From the NCBI GenBank assembly GCA_002633005.1, contig NMRA01000719.1, positions 8,612 to 72,611 on the forward strand: DNA of 64,000 nucleotides. The letters are read 5' to 3'. The notes under the pieces were generated by a model. That model saw nothing but the letters and a program-made list of their open reading frames with translations, was not told the origin of the DNA and searched no databases. The position numbers were made by a program, and so were the translations under genes. The stretch is from Phoronis australis. Taxonomy: Eukaryota > Animalia > Phoronida. Below, in pieces: positions 1-11,921 of this stretch (position 1 is its first letter; every line of letters begins with the position of its first letter).

Positions 1-246
1 CATGGTTGCTCACCTTTCCCGCCACGACCTCTAGCGAGCGGAATTAGAAAGAGTAGTTGATAAACAAGAGCAACTAAGTGACGATTCCAGAAATGCGAAG
101 TTTACGATTAGGATTGCAAAGTTCTCCACAGTGTTAGAATGTTTTGCGAAGAAAAGTGTATTATTCCCAACTAACTGAATGCCTTCACAACAGCCAGCCA
201 TGTTCTGACGAGAGAGTCGCAGATCAACGTCACTGATTAACCCACG

Positions 247-1050
247 TGGTGGAGAGAGTGTACACTTGGTCCCAAATAATTTTACTTGTAACACGAAGTT
301 TAAGTGGTTCCAGATAAGGTTCCTTCGTAGAATTGTGTCAACAAATGTATTGTAGTCAAGATTTGTGTCAAGACATCAGATCTCTGTACATTTTGTAAAA
401 AAGAGCCAGAAAATGTGACCCATCTCAACTGGAAGTGCATGGCGAAACATAACTTCTTGTCTGCAGTCAGTCATTGGTTATCTGACAAAACACAATCTTT
501 ATTTAATCTCTCGTCTCAGTGGCGGATCTAGGATACCATNTCTAGGATACCATAAGGGGGGGGGCAACACTTTGTCTCGGGCAATCGCGTAAGGCACGAC
601 TGCATGCGCTGAAGGAGGGCTTGGACTTCTGGGCATTGAGAAAGCGTGGACATCCTTGCAGAAATGCAGCAGCACGATTAAAAATAAAACGGGGAGACGC
701 TTCCTACTCCCTGTCTCGGCCTCTTTGTCATTACCAGGGTTGATTAATAGACTCAATATTTTTCACGCTCTCGCTGTCTTCCTGTTTTATTTTTGGCGGC
801 AGCCAAGGGGGGCCTCCCTCCCTAAATAAGCCTCTGCGTTTTTTAAGATGCACAACTCCGATACAGTTTATTTACGCATAACTCTGGGAAAATATCCGCT
901 AAAGACTAAGACCTGCTTCGAACTAAATCGACAGGTTCAAGAAGGAGGTGCTTCAGTACAGGTGAATATTCAAGTTGAAAATATCTATATTTCAGAAATT
1001 GGGCATATGAAAAATTTAGCAAGAGATTGTCCTGTCTGCTCTTTTGTTTT
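247..1050 (+). mobile_element. Decayed L1/Tx1-type non-LTR retrotransposon ORF2 C-terminus (zf-RVT region), interrupted by a MITE
   Basis: Reads TCNTKFKWFQIRFLRRIVSTN...SDLCTFCKKEPENVTHLNWKC (CxxC-H-C knuckle) with a stop and frameshift; resumes after 837 as ...LRITLGKYPLKTK... Confidence 0.75.
517..836. mobile_element. MITE with imperfect TIRs (CAGTGGCGGATCTAGG ... CCTAAATAAGCCTCTG)
   Basis: Imperfect terminal inverted repeats with adjacent G/C runs; flanks cgtct/cgttt. Confidence 0.6.
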
Positions 1051-1343
1051 CTAAAGTACGCACGGTTTCTAATTCTCTGGACAGCTCTCGAAATACGGGC
1101 ACGAGTGTGTGTGAGTGTGTGCGCGTGCGTGCGTGTCTTTTGTGTGTTCAATGAGCTAAATACAGAAGGTGAAGAAGTGGTCTGTACCTTCGGGAAATTT
1201 AGGTTATTGTTCTGTTTCGTTGTTGTATATTGTTTTTGTGTTATCAATACGTGCGCGCATCCAAGGGGGGCGAAGTGGGCACAAAGGTCCGCCTCAGAGA
1301 AACAAAGTCCGGGAAAACGAGACAAAAGTCCACTGCAAAGGCA

Positions 1344-1500
1344 TACACAAAATGTACCTCGATTGGCGTAGATGAAGTAATATCCCACTCGACATTATTC
1401 CGCGTATCGATCGAAACCGAAGGTCGAGGTCGATACGCGGAATCAATTATGTCTCGTGGGATATTACTTCATCTACCCCACTCTCGGTACGTTTTGTGTA
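1344..1500. repeat. Long imperfect palindrome (MITE-like)
   Basis: tacacaaaatgtacc..gtagatgaagtaatatcccac..ccgcgtatcga is mirrored by tcgatacgcgg..gtgggatattacttcatctac..ggtacgttttgtgta. Confidence 0.85.
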
Positions 1501-1504
1501 TTTA

Positions 1505-1625
1505 TTTCCTTTGCCAACGAAGAAGATCCATAACGTTTACATCAGGTTTTTATCTCTCTTGTTGTTTTTGAAGCAGCCAGGAACGCAACAAGTGTATCCG
1601 CCGTAAGTTTTCTTCGCGCTCCTAC
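1505..1625 (-). mobile_element. THAP-domain N-terminal remnant (DNA transposon derived)
   Basis: GGYTCCVPGCFKNNKRDKNL matches the THAP CxVPGC start; the frame is then broken. Confidence 0.6.
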
Positions 1626-1730
1626 CGCGTATTATGCTTGTTACTATGGCCGCTTTCGGAATCCTGACCACAGTACCCACAATGCACCATTTTAACCTAA
1701 TTTCAATATGGCGTCGCAGCAAATCCGCTA

Positions 1731-4700
1731 TTGGCTGATAAGCCACTTCTGGAACTACTTTTGGCTGAATGGATGACCAGGCCATAAAACGATAATTAGC
1801 CAAGACCAGTTAACTAATGCAACAAAGAATAATGTGATGGCATCACCTAGCCTTGGTTGAAAGCTGTATACTGTATTTTTGAGTCCATTGACCGTGTAGT
1901 TTAGGTACCCTGGTATTGGCTCTAATAAATGCTTTGAAAAATTCATTTCACGGGGAGCGGGACGCTTATTGTAGCCTACGGCAGTTCAAAACCCGGTTTC
2001 CCAAACGGGTTAAATCGGAAGCTAGGATTCATCAAATTTACGCTCTGTGACGTATTTGTAGCCTTTAGTCTTTCTACAAAACTGTGGTGCATTGCTATCA
2101 ATTTCCGTTGTTAAATTATAATTTTTCAAAAAATTGTGCTCATCACAGGGCGAAAACTTGCCGACTGATGTGTCGCTGAATCGCGATCGTCAATAGGAAA
2201 ACTTGAATTCTTGAATAAAACTATAGTTTCGACTCAACAAATTACCTGAAATCTTCCTTATGTTTTACAATTTTTAAAGTTCACGTGGAGTCCAGATTAA
2301 TTGCGATTAAGTCCAACTTGAAATCTGCGCAACATCGTACCCCACAACACGAGAAAAATCTCTGGATGAACAAACATGTTGATGTCACGTGACGTTTGTT
2401 TTGAAGTTCGTCTGCGTATGAGAGTGAGTGAGCGTGCATGTGCAGACTTTTTTGTTACAAAAGGCAGAGGATTATGCAAGAAAATGGCGTTTACTAGATT
2501 GTTTTTCACTTAAACGGCTGCAACGTGCAAGGTGAGTGCTGGTTAACTCACAGATTTTGTGTGCACAGGCCGACGGTCGTTAGCTCTACCGTGGAGTATT
2601 AATAGTCCAAGGCTCGATCTACATGTTGGAGACGAGGTGACAAGGTGAACTACCCGGGCTGTGTGAAATTTCTGGGTCTAACGGAGACACTGACGAAGAC
2701 GTCAGCCAGCTCGCTGAATCAAGACTATAGTCAAAATCCAAATTCGTTTTATCGTGTCCCTGTCAATAATAACGGCATGCTAAAGTTGCTTAATTTTCGT
2801 ACTTCAGGAACATAACAATCACGTGTTTTATACAAATACGCGCACGCCGCAGATCACATCTCGGAAATTTCCGATTTAACGGATGACAATTAATGAATGA
2901 GCAGAATGAAATTTAACGACATCGTTTTACAACTTGTAAGAGCTAAAATAAATGACTTTCGAAATAGCCATGTCATATTGAAATTTGTAACCCGCCAAAT
3001 GCCGATCAGGTCTTAGGTTGACATGCATTCAGCGCCACCTAGAGTTATCATGTAATGCTGACACCTCGGTTTCAAACTACTGGTATAAACTGCGTTTCAA
3101 CAGCTTTCCTGGTATCATGCTGCCGGCGAATTACCACAGCTGCTTGGTGGGATGTACTAATGCCTTATGAAAAATATAAATCTTTAGAAATATCATTTGA
3201 TGAACAAGGACATCCTGTTCCATATATTTCTCTCTGCGAAGAAGTATCCGCTGTTAAAGCCCGTGGCTGTCGCTGATAAAGCGAGAGAATTTCGATCCCA
3301 GCAGGTGTCAAGAAGCTTACATAAATTAGTGAACTTAAGCTAAACAAACAATAGGGGGCGCTGACAGAGGAATTTATTCTTCTGCTTTTAAGGAATCAAT
3401 CGGAAGTCACTTCCATGCTCTTATTACTCTAGAGAGCACCAATATGAAAAGTCCCCAATTTGAACTGGCTACTCCATCAAAATGGGTGAAAAGGTGAAAA
3501 CAAATGTCTCGATTCCTTAGGCAACTCTTATCTAAACTCATCAACATAATGTGTTTGGGCATGGACTTGAAATGGCATGTTGGCACCCAACAGAGACGTG
3601 CTGTTTGCTCAGGAATTAAATAGGTGAGCTATTGGGACAGGTATATCACCACGAAATTGTGCATTATGAACTCACAACCCCTTTCAGTTCATTAACTNNN
3701 NNNNNNNNNNNNNNNNNNNNNNNNNNNNNNNNNNNNNNNNNNNNNNNNNNNNNNNNNNNNNNNNNNNNNNNNNNNNNNNNNNNNNNNNNNNNNNNNNNNN
3801 NNNNNNNNNNNNNNNNNNNNNNNNNNNNNNNNNNNNNNNNNNNNNNNNNNNNNNNNNNNNNNNNNNNNNNNNNNNNNNNNNNNNNNNNNNNNNNNNNNNN
3901 NNNNNNNNNNNNNNNNNNNNNNNNNNNNNNNNNNNNNNNNNNNNNNNNNNNNNNNNNNNNNNNNNNNNNNNNNNNNNNNNNNNNNNNNNNNNNNNNNNNN
4001 NNNNNNNNNNNNNNNNNNNNNNNNNNNNNNNNNNNNNNNNNNNNNNNNNNNNNNNNNNNNNNNNNNNNNNNNNNNNNNNNNNNNNNNNNNNNNNNNNNNN
4101 NNNNNNNNNNNNNNNNNNNNNNNNNNNNNNNNNNNNNNNNNNNNNNNNNNNNNNNNNNNNNNNNNNNNNNNNNNNNNNNNNNNNNNNNNNNNNNNNNNNN
4201 NNNNNNNNNNNNNNNNNNNNNNNNNNNNNNNNNNNNNNNNNNNNNNNNNNNNNNNNNNNNNNNNNNNNNNNNNNNNNNNNNNNNNNNNNNNNNNNNNNNN
4301 NNNNNNNNNNNNNNNNNNNNNNNNNNNNNNNNNNNNNNNNNNNNNNNNNNNNNNNNNNNNNNNNNNNNNNNNNNNNNNNNNNNNNNNNNNNNNNNNNNNN
4401 NNNNNNNNNNNNNNNNNNNNNNNNNNNNNNNNNNNNNNNNNNNNNNNNNNNNNNNNNNNNNNNNNNNNNNNNNNNNNNNNNNNNNNNNNNNNNNNNNNNN
4501 NNNNNNNNNNNNNNNNNNNNNNNNNNNNNNNNNNNNNNNNNNNNNNNNNNNNNNNNNNNNNNNNNNNNNNNNNNNNNNNNNNNNNNNNNNNNNNNNNNNN
4601 NNNNNNNNNNNNNNNNNCATCTCGGAAATTGCCGATTTGACGGATGACAATGAATGAACACAATGAAATTAACAACGTCGTTTTACAGCTTGTAAGATTC

Positions 4701-6126
4701 ATAATAAACGTATTTTGAATATTGCAATGCATGTGTTCCAAAATCTAAATAACTTGAGTCCTATATTTTTGTATTAGTGCGCACCGAATGAAAGTAATCG
4801 TGAGTGTTGCTGTGTTGCAAAATCTCTTATCCTGGGCCGATTTGAAAAATTCAAAGTTGTACTCATATTTGTTTTCGCTCCCCTTTTCAAATATTACAGT
4901 AAAAACTACGTAAAACTCTCTCCATAAAAAGTACAGTCTGCTAGCTAGATTGTAATCAGCTGGTCTTCGCATGAGCGAAGCCAATTATCCTCGCTCGTGA
5001 CTCGATGACTAGAGCAGCTTGGCGGCATTCCTTTGATCGTGAGCCTAGCGCAACTCAGCCAAGGTGGATAAATTCGGTCTAGTTCAATTTTCCATACCCC
5101 ACCGTTAACCTTAACCACTGGGGTTAGAACCAATCTTATTTAGTGGGAATGTTCATAGCATGAAAATCCAAATTTGTTTTATCGTGTCCCTGTCGATAAT
5201 AACGGCATGCTATATAAGTTGCTTAATTTTCGTACTTCAGGAACATAACAATCACGTGTTTTGTACACATACGCGCACGCCGCAGATCACATCTCGGAAA
5301 TTTCCGATTTAACGGATGACAATTAATGAATGAGCAGAATGAAATTTAACGACATCGTTTTACAACTTGTAACAGCTAAAATAAATGACTTTCAAAATAG
5401 CCATGTCATATTGAAATTTGTAACCCGCCAAATGCCGATCAGGTCTTTGGTTGACATGCATTCAGCGCCACCTAGAGTTATCATGTAATGCAGACAGCTC
5501 GGTTTCAAACTACTGGTATAAACTGCGTTTCAACAGCTTTCCTGGTATCATGCTGCCGGCGAATTACCACAGCTGCTTGGTGGGATGTACTAATGCCTTA
5601 TGAAAAATATAAATCTTTAGAAATATTTGATGAACAAGGACATCCTGTTCCATATATTTCTCTCTGCGAAGAAGTATCCGCTGATAAAGCCCGTGGCTGT
5701 CGCTGATAAAGCAAGAGAATTTCGATCCCAGCAGGTGGCAAGAAGCTTACATAAATTAGTGAACTTAAGCTAAACAAACAATAGGGGGCGCTGACAGAGG
5801 AATTTATTCTTCTGCTTTTAAGGAATCAATCAGAAGTCATTTCCATGCTCTTATTACTCTAGAGAGCACCAATACGAAAAGTCCCCAATTTGAACTGGCT
5901 ACTCCATCAAAATGGGTGAAAAGGTGAAAACAAATGTCTGATTCCTTAGGCAACTCTTATCTAAACTCATCAACATAATGTGTTTGGGCATGGACTTGAA
6001 ATGGCATGTTGGCACCCAACAGAGATGTGCTGTTTGCTCAGGAATTAAATAGGTGAGCTATTGGGACAGGTATATCACCACGAAATTGTGCATTATGAAC
6101 TCACAACCCCTTTCAGTTCATTAACT
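1731..6126. repeat. Local near-identical duplications around the N gap (1731-2870 ~ 9098-10205; 2731-3697 ~ 5163-6126; 4618-5163 ~ 10192-10740)
   Basis: Long direct matches visible by eye; duplicated spurious ORFs (3055/5488, 2297/9616, 4945/10520). Confidence 0.9.
3698..4617. other. Assembly gap (N run)
   Basis: About 920 N; smaller gaps at 31770-31866 and 53896-53907. Confidence 1.
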
Positions 6127-7113
6127 CATTTTGATGTAAATTGTTTCTTACACCATGGAGCAATCAGTTTGCGTAATTATACCTTCAAGTGATTACTGAA
6201 ATAAAATCGTTTTCAACAGCCCAAACTAAGGTATCACTTTTCCACAAGAACATGAATCCAAAAGAAATGAGTGAAGGGTGTTCCCAAACTAAGCAGGGAC
6301 GTACGCGCGCGCGCGCACACACACACACACACCANCTGTTATGGAACTTAACGCCTCAAACAATATTTAACATGTAGTGATGATTGCCATAATTGCTCTT
6401 GAATGAGATAAACACGATTAACTCCAACTTATTGGAAGGGTTTTTATTAAACATCGACTTATTTAACATAGTCTGAGGACAGCCTTGATTTCCTGTAACT
6501 GGATGTACTAAGAAGCTGTGGTTCACAACATGAAGGTAATTGGGAGTTTATTGTTGATCAGTTTAACACAAAGACTGAGTATTAGACAACTTGAGCTCCA
6601 ATGCATTTGTGATTAATGAGAACTAATTAACCAAAACATTCAGGGCACAACAAGCAGAATCATTGATATCACAATCTGAGTCCTTCAGCCACATCAAAGA
6701 CAAAGAAAATAAAAATAACAAAGGGAAATGCATGCAAGTTGTTAAGGAAAACCATGATAAAATTCTGTGTACTGTTGAATGGTGATGCATTAGACTAAAA
6801 GGCTTTTCATACCAACTTACCGGTATTTGTGGTACTAGAGGAGCAATGAAGTAAACTGCCAAGTTAGTTGAACCTTTCCAACTGGCTTCAATAGTTTACA
6901 GACACAGTTTTTGCAGTTTCGTCTGTGAATCATTGAAGTTATTACAAAATGGTGGTCCAAAAATGCCATGCAAGCATAATTTTTTTTAATTTAAGGTATT
7001 GCATATACAGTCAAATAATAAATGTATCAAAATTCTTCTGAGGTACAGCAGTGAAAAAAATTGAATGATGCCACGACGCATGCCATAACTGAATATGACC
7101 CCGACCTGCAGAT

Positions 7114-7200
7114 AACTCTGATGTCACCGACGTTAACCTTTCAACTCTGATGTCACCGACGTTAACCTTTCAACTCTGATCTCACTCAAGTTAAACTTTC
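7114..7200. repeat. 29-bp tandem repeat, about 3 copies
   Basis: aactctgatgtcaccgacgttaacctttc twice plus a diverged third copy. Confidence 0.85.
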
Positions 7201-8023
7201 ATATCGCATTAATTGTAGAGTCAACGCTCTGCTTTTGAATCCACCTACTGACTGCGAAGTTAGTTTGTGCTGTTGATCCAGGATTCAAGTTAAACATTCA
7301 TACGACCAATTTACACTCCCCATAACTCATGTCGATGTTAGTATGATTAAACCCCTAGAGAGACGTCGAAAACTGCCTGGATGGTAATAAAAAGGCTACA
7401 TGTATTATTAGGATATATTGAGAAACATTGCAGAACAAGATAATAAATTTTACTTAAACAAGAGCCAGACTTTCAGTGTGCACGGCAATGCATGTCATGA
7501 AGTGCTGCTGAAGCGGATGTTTTAAGAAACCATAATCTGTTGTTACAAATTAAGCAAAAATCAAATCTCTGAAAGTTCACGACTCTGTTAGTGACATCTA
7601 ATGGCCTCTTATAAATGACACTTTGGTTATGATACGCAATAGCCATAAGCCTGACTGCAACTTATCTAAGAAATGGCACCAATTTTGATCAATATCAAGA
7701 GAAATAATTTTTCTTGTTACAGTTAAATCGTTACATGTTTTTAGGCAAATGGTGCTGCACCATTCACTTCCGTTGTAGCAAACCTCACTGCAATCAGCCA
7801 ACCATGAAGACGGAATATCTTGGCAAGGACACCAAAGACACAACCTCTTGTGAAACTAAGAAAAAGGAAATAAACTATCTATTTGTTTCCAATAGCAATA
7901 ACTACGCTCATGGGAATTTCGTCCAAAAATACCAAGCAGTTTTCCTCTTGCTTATTTAACTATTGTTGTGTACAGCTATAGACAGGAAGCAGCTTAGTTT
8001 GTAGTTTCTAAGACAACTTAAAG

Positions 8024-10847
8024 TACCGTATTTGCCCAATAAGCGCTCATGCACCTATAAGCGACCCCCATGCATTTTCATACTTCGCTAAAATAAGTAC
8101 GCAGCCCATGAACGAGTATACATGCAAAAAATACCTTACGTACAGTTCTAAAACTCTACAGTAACGTCTTCAATTTATCAATAATATCCAACAGTCCTGA
8201 AAAAATCATTGTGTGCGGAATTTGCAGACCGCAAGCCTCGCTGCTAAGTCGGTATTTAGCTGTGACTATACACTTCAAACTTCCGCAGTGCTTTAAAAAG
8301 AATGTAAAAATTTTGCTGATCTTGCGAGGAACGTGCCCCACTATTGGTCAAACCTTTTAGAACAGACGCAGTGTATTTGTCTACGGCATTGTATTGTATC
8401 TTTCCTGAACAGATCTTCTCCCTCAACAGGAGTCCAGACTTCTTTGTATACGTGAAAATTGCAAATCGAAGACTAATAAAAAAACTTGACCAGTGTTAAA
8501 AGTACATTTAGTCCAGGAAGCATGCGCTACATACACGTACGTCTGCTACTCTGGCAAATGAACTCTGATGACACGTACGCGATCGCTCACTCGGCACAGT
8601 CACACGCTGACTAACTTCAAAACAAACGTCATGTGACAACAACATGTGTGTTCATCTAGCTTTTTCTTGTGTTGCGGGGTGCTTATCTAGCGCAGATTTG
8701 GAGTTACTCTGCGGTTAATCCAGACTCCACAGTTACTTAAAAATCTCAGGGGTGCTATTTGGACAACTTAAGGAGGATTTCAGGTAACTTGCTGAGTCGA
8801 AACTGTATTTTTATTAAAAAATTTAAGTTGCCCTATCGACGATTGCGAGGCAGCGGCGCATTAGCAGGCGAGTTTTCGCACTGGGATTTCCGTACAATTT
8901 TCTGAAAAAGGATCGTAATTTAACAACGAAGTTTGTCATAGGTTACAGATACGTCGTAGAGCATAAATTTGATGAATGATAACTTCCGATTTCACATGTC
9001 GTGAACACATCCACTAAAACAAGAAACTGTAGGAACACTGCATTTATCCACCTTCACTCTTATCAGGCTTCTATTGTGAGTCAGCATGCGTGAATAATTG
9101 GCTGATAAGCCACCTCTGGAACTACTTTTGGCTGAATGGATGACCAGGCCATAAAATGATAATATTAGCCAAGACCAGTTACTAATGCAACAAAGAATAT
9201 TGTCGTAGTATCACCTAGCCTTGGTGGAAAGCTGTATACTGTATTGGCTCTAATAAACGCTTAGAAAAAATCATTTCACGGGGAGGGGATTCTTATTGTA
9301 GCCTACGGCAGTTGAAAGCCGGTTTCCCAAACGGGTAAAATCGGAAGCTAGGATTCATAAAATTTACGCTTTGTGACGAATTTTTAGCCTATGACAGTCT
9401 TTCTACAAAATTGTGGTGCATTGCTATGAACTTCCGTTGTTAAATTACGATAATTTTTCAAAAAATTGTGCTCATCACAGGGCGAAAACTTGCCGACTGA
9501 TGCGTCGCCGCTGAATCGCCATCGTCAATAGGAAAACTTGTACTCTTGAATAAAAATATAGTTTCGACTCAACAAATTACCTGAAATCTTCCTGATGTTT
9601 TACAATTTTTAAAGTTCATGTGGAGTCCAGATTAATTGCGATTAAGTCCAAATGTGCGCTACATCGTACTCCACAACAAGAGAAAAATCTCTGGATGAAC
9701 ACACATGTTGTTGTCACGTGACGTTTGTTTTGAAGGTCGTCTGTGTATGAGAGTGAGTGAGCGTGCGTGTGCGGGTCATCGACGATAGACTTTTTTGTTA
9801 CAAAAGGCGGAGGATTATGCAAGAAAATGGCGTTTACTAGATTGTTTTTCACTTAAACGGCTGTAACGTGCAAGGTGAGTGCTGGTTAACTCACAGATTT
9901 TGTGTGCACAGGCCGACTGTCGTTAGCTCTGCCGTGGAGTATTAATAGTCCAAGGCTCGATCTACATGTTGGGGACGAAATGAACTACCCGGGCTGTGTG
10001 AAATTTCTGGGTCTAACGGAGACACTGACGCAGTGGTCAGTCAGATCGCTGTATCAAGACTATAGTCAAAATCCAAATTCGTTTTATCGTGTCCCTGTCA
10101 ATAATAACGGCATGTTAAAGCCTTCTTAATTTTCGTACTTCAGGAACATAACAATCACGTGTTTTGTACACATACGCGCACGCCGCAGATCACATCTCGG
10201 AAATTGCCGATTTGACGGATGACAATGAATGAACACAATGAAATTAACAACGTCGTTTTACAGCTTGTAAGATTCATAATAAAAGTATTTTGAATATTGC
10301 AATGCATGTGTTCCAAAATCTAAATAACTTGGGTCCTATATTTTTGTATTAGTGCGCGCCGAATGAAAGTAATCGTGAGTGTTGCTGTGTTGCAAAATCT
10401 CTTATCCTGGGCCGATTTGAAAAATTCAAAGTTGTACTCATATTTGTTTTCGCTCCTCTTTTCAAATATTACAGTAAAAACTACGTAAAACTCTCTCCAT
10501 AAAAAGTACAGTCTGCTAGCTAGATTGTAATCAGCTGATCATATCCGCATGAGCGAAGCCAATTATCCTCGCTCGTGACTCGATGACTAGAGCAGCCTGG
10601 CGGCATCCCTTTGATCGTGAGCCGAGTGCGACTCAGCCAAGGTGGATAAATACGGTCTAGTTCAATTTTCCATACCCCGCCGTTTACCTTAACCACCGGG
10701 GTTAGAACCAATTTTATTTAGTGGGAATGTTCATAGCATGACCTGTTTCGGAGAACAGGTTTCAATCGCCTTAGGCTACAATAAACGCCCACCTCCCGAA
10801 ACGTATTTTTCTAAGTGCCATGGGTGCTTATTAGGGCAAATACGGTA
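8024..10847. mobile_element. About 2.8-kb TIR element (TA-flanked, Tc1/mariner-pogo-type ends) carrying a HIRAN-like pseudo-ORF
   Basis: Left end taccgtatttgccc-aataagcgctcatg; right end reverse complement taccgtatttgccctaataagcacccatg. Confidence 0.8.
8156..8472 (-). pseudogene. HIRAN-like domain remnant with two frameshifts
   Basis: SSICNFHVYKEVWTPVEGEDL / YNAVDKYTASVLKG / IVGHVPRKISKIFTFFLKHCGSLKCIVT...GLQIPHTMIFSG; fits the HIRAN NxxDxxAxxV...GxxP pattern. Confidence 0.7.
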
Positions 10848-11784
10848 TTTCTTCAGGGATTTCCACAACGATAATTATCAAAATTGTCATTTTTATATAT
10901 TTCAAAGGCTGATTACCTAATGTTGTAAATCATGAACACCTCGATATGTGCTGCTTTCTGCTCTCCACACAGTACAGTAACATTTTGACGGTGTACATAT
11001 TAAAATTAATTGTAATATTTCATTGTAACATTGTATATTTATAATTACTTGACCATATAATTACTAAACCATGTGTGAGAGGACACTCTGGCTCAATGTT
11101 CCATCAAGTTTAAGTAAAGTTTACCTACCCACCCATCCACCCACCTTAACTTACCTAAGTTGTTAACAGGTAAGTTTCTTAATCTTTAGTTCTTGTCGAG
11201 ATATTCCACAAACTAAACATTCCATTTGTCTGCGTTATTGCGTGCATAAACTAAGAATTATGATAAAACTAAACAGTAATAATAACAGTAAAAATACACA
11301 TAATTTCATTAATCTCTTTTATGCTAAACTCATCACTCAGTGTTATTTGAAATATTACTATGCTCAATTTAAATCAGGAAACAACACTTGATTTGAGTAT
11401 GGTTGCATGGACATTTTTTCTTCATTAAGAAAACTGAGAAGCAAATTTGGCCGTGGATCTTGGGAATAAGATCTTATCACCTCAAGCCAAATCCACAAAT
11501 TTTCGTGGGATTACTTCACTGCACTGGACACCATTGAGTTCCAAATTTACTAGATAGCATCTCACCAATTTACAACGCAGTATGGCAGACAAGTAAAATG
11601 TCACTGCTCCATTTTCTTCATAAAAAATAATATCGCCAACTAAATGCATCGTTATTATCAAGTTCTGTGACCTGTCATGATGACACAACCTGGGGTTCTT
11701 CCAGCATTTAAAAATAGGGCATCCCAAATTCCCAGAGCATCCATTACCAACTGGTAGGTGGCTGTTTTTATGACCTCAAAGTGT

Positions 11785-11921
11785 TGTTATAGTGTGGTCT
11801 GCAACTGTGGAGACATGGGTCTGCAAAAAAGTTGTTATAGTGTGGTCTGCAACTATGGAGACATGGGTCTGCAAAAAAGTTGTTATGGTGTGGTCTGCAA
11901 CTGTGGAGACATGGGTCTGCA
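11785..11921. repeat. 48-bp tandem repeat, 3 copies
   Basis: tgttatagtgtggtctgcaactgtggagacatgggtctgcaaaaaagt repeated. Confidence 0.95.

Noticed and set aside
527-553. Direct repeat tctaggataccat-N-tctaggataccat
   Set aside because: Duplication around a single N is typical of a contig-join artefact.
906-1571. Overlapping 113-160 aa ORFs
   Set aside because: They run through (GT)n-like low-complexity and palindromic repeat sequence and show no protein motifs.
3632-4741. Four ORFs longer than 300 aa in the ORF track (and similar short ones at 31650-31948)
   Set aside because: They are almost entirely translated N gap.
6821-6895. Minus frame TIEASWKGSTNLAVYFIAP before a GTAAGT donor, loosely resembling TEP MG5
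   Set aside because: An in-frame stop lies immediately upstream with no suitable acceptor; cannot be supported without an alignment.
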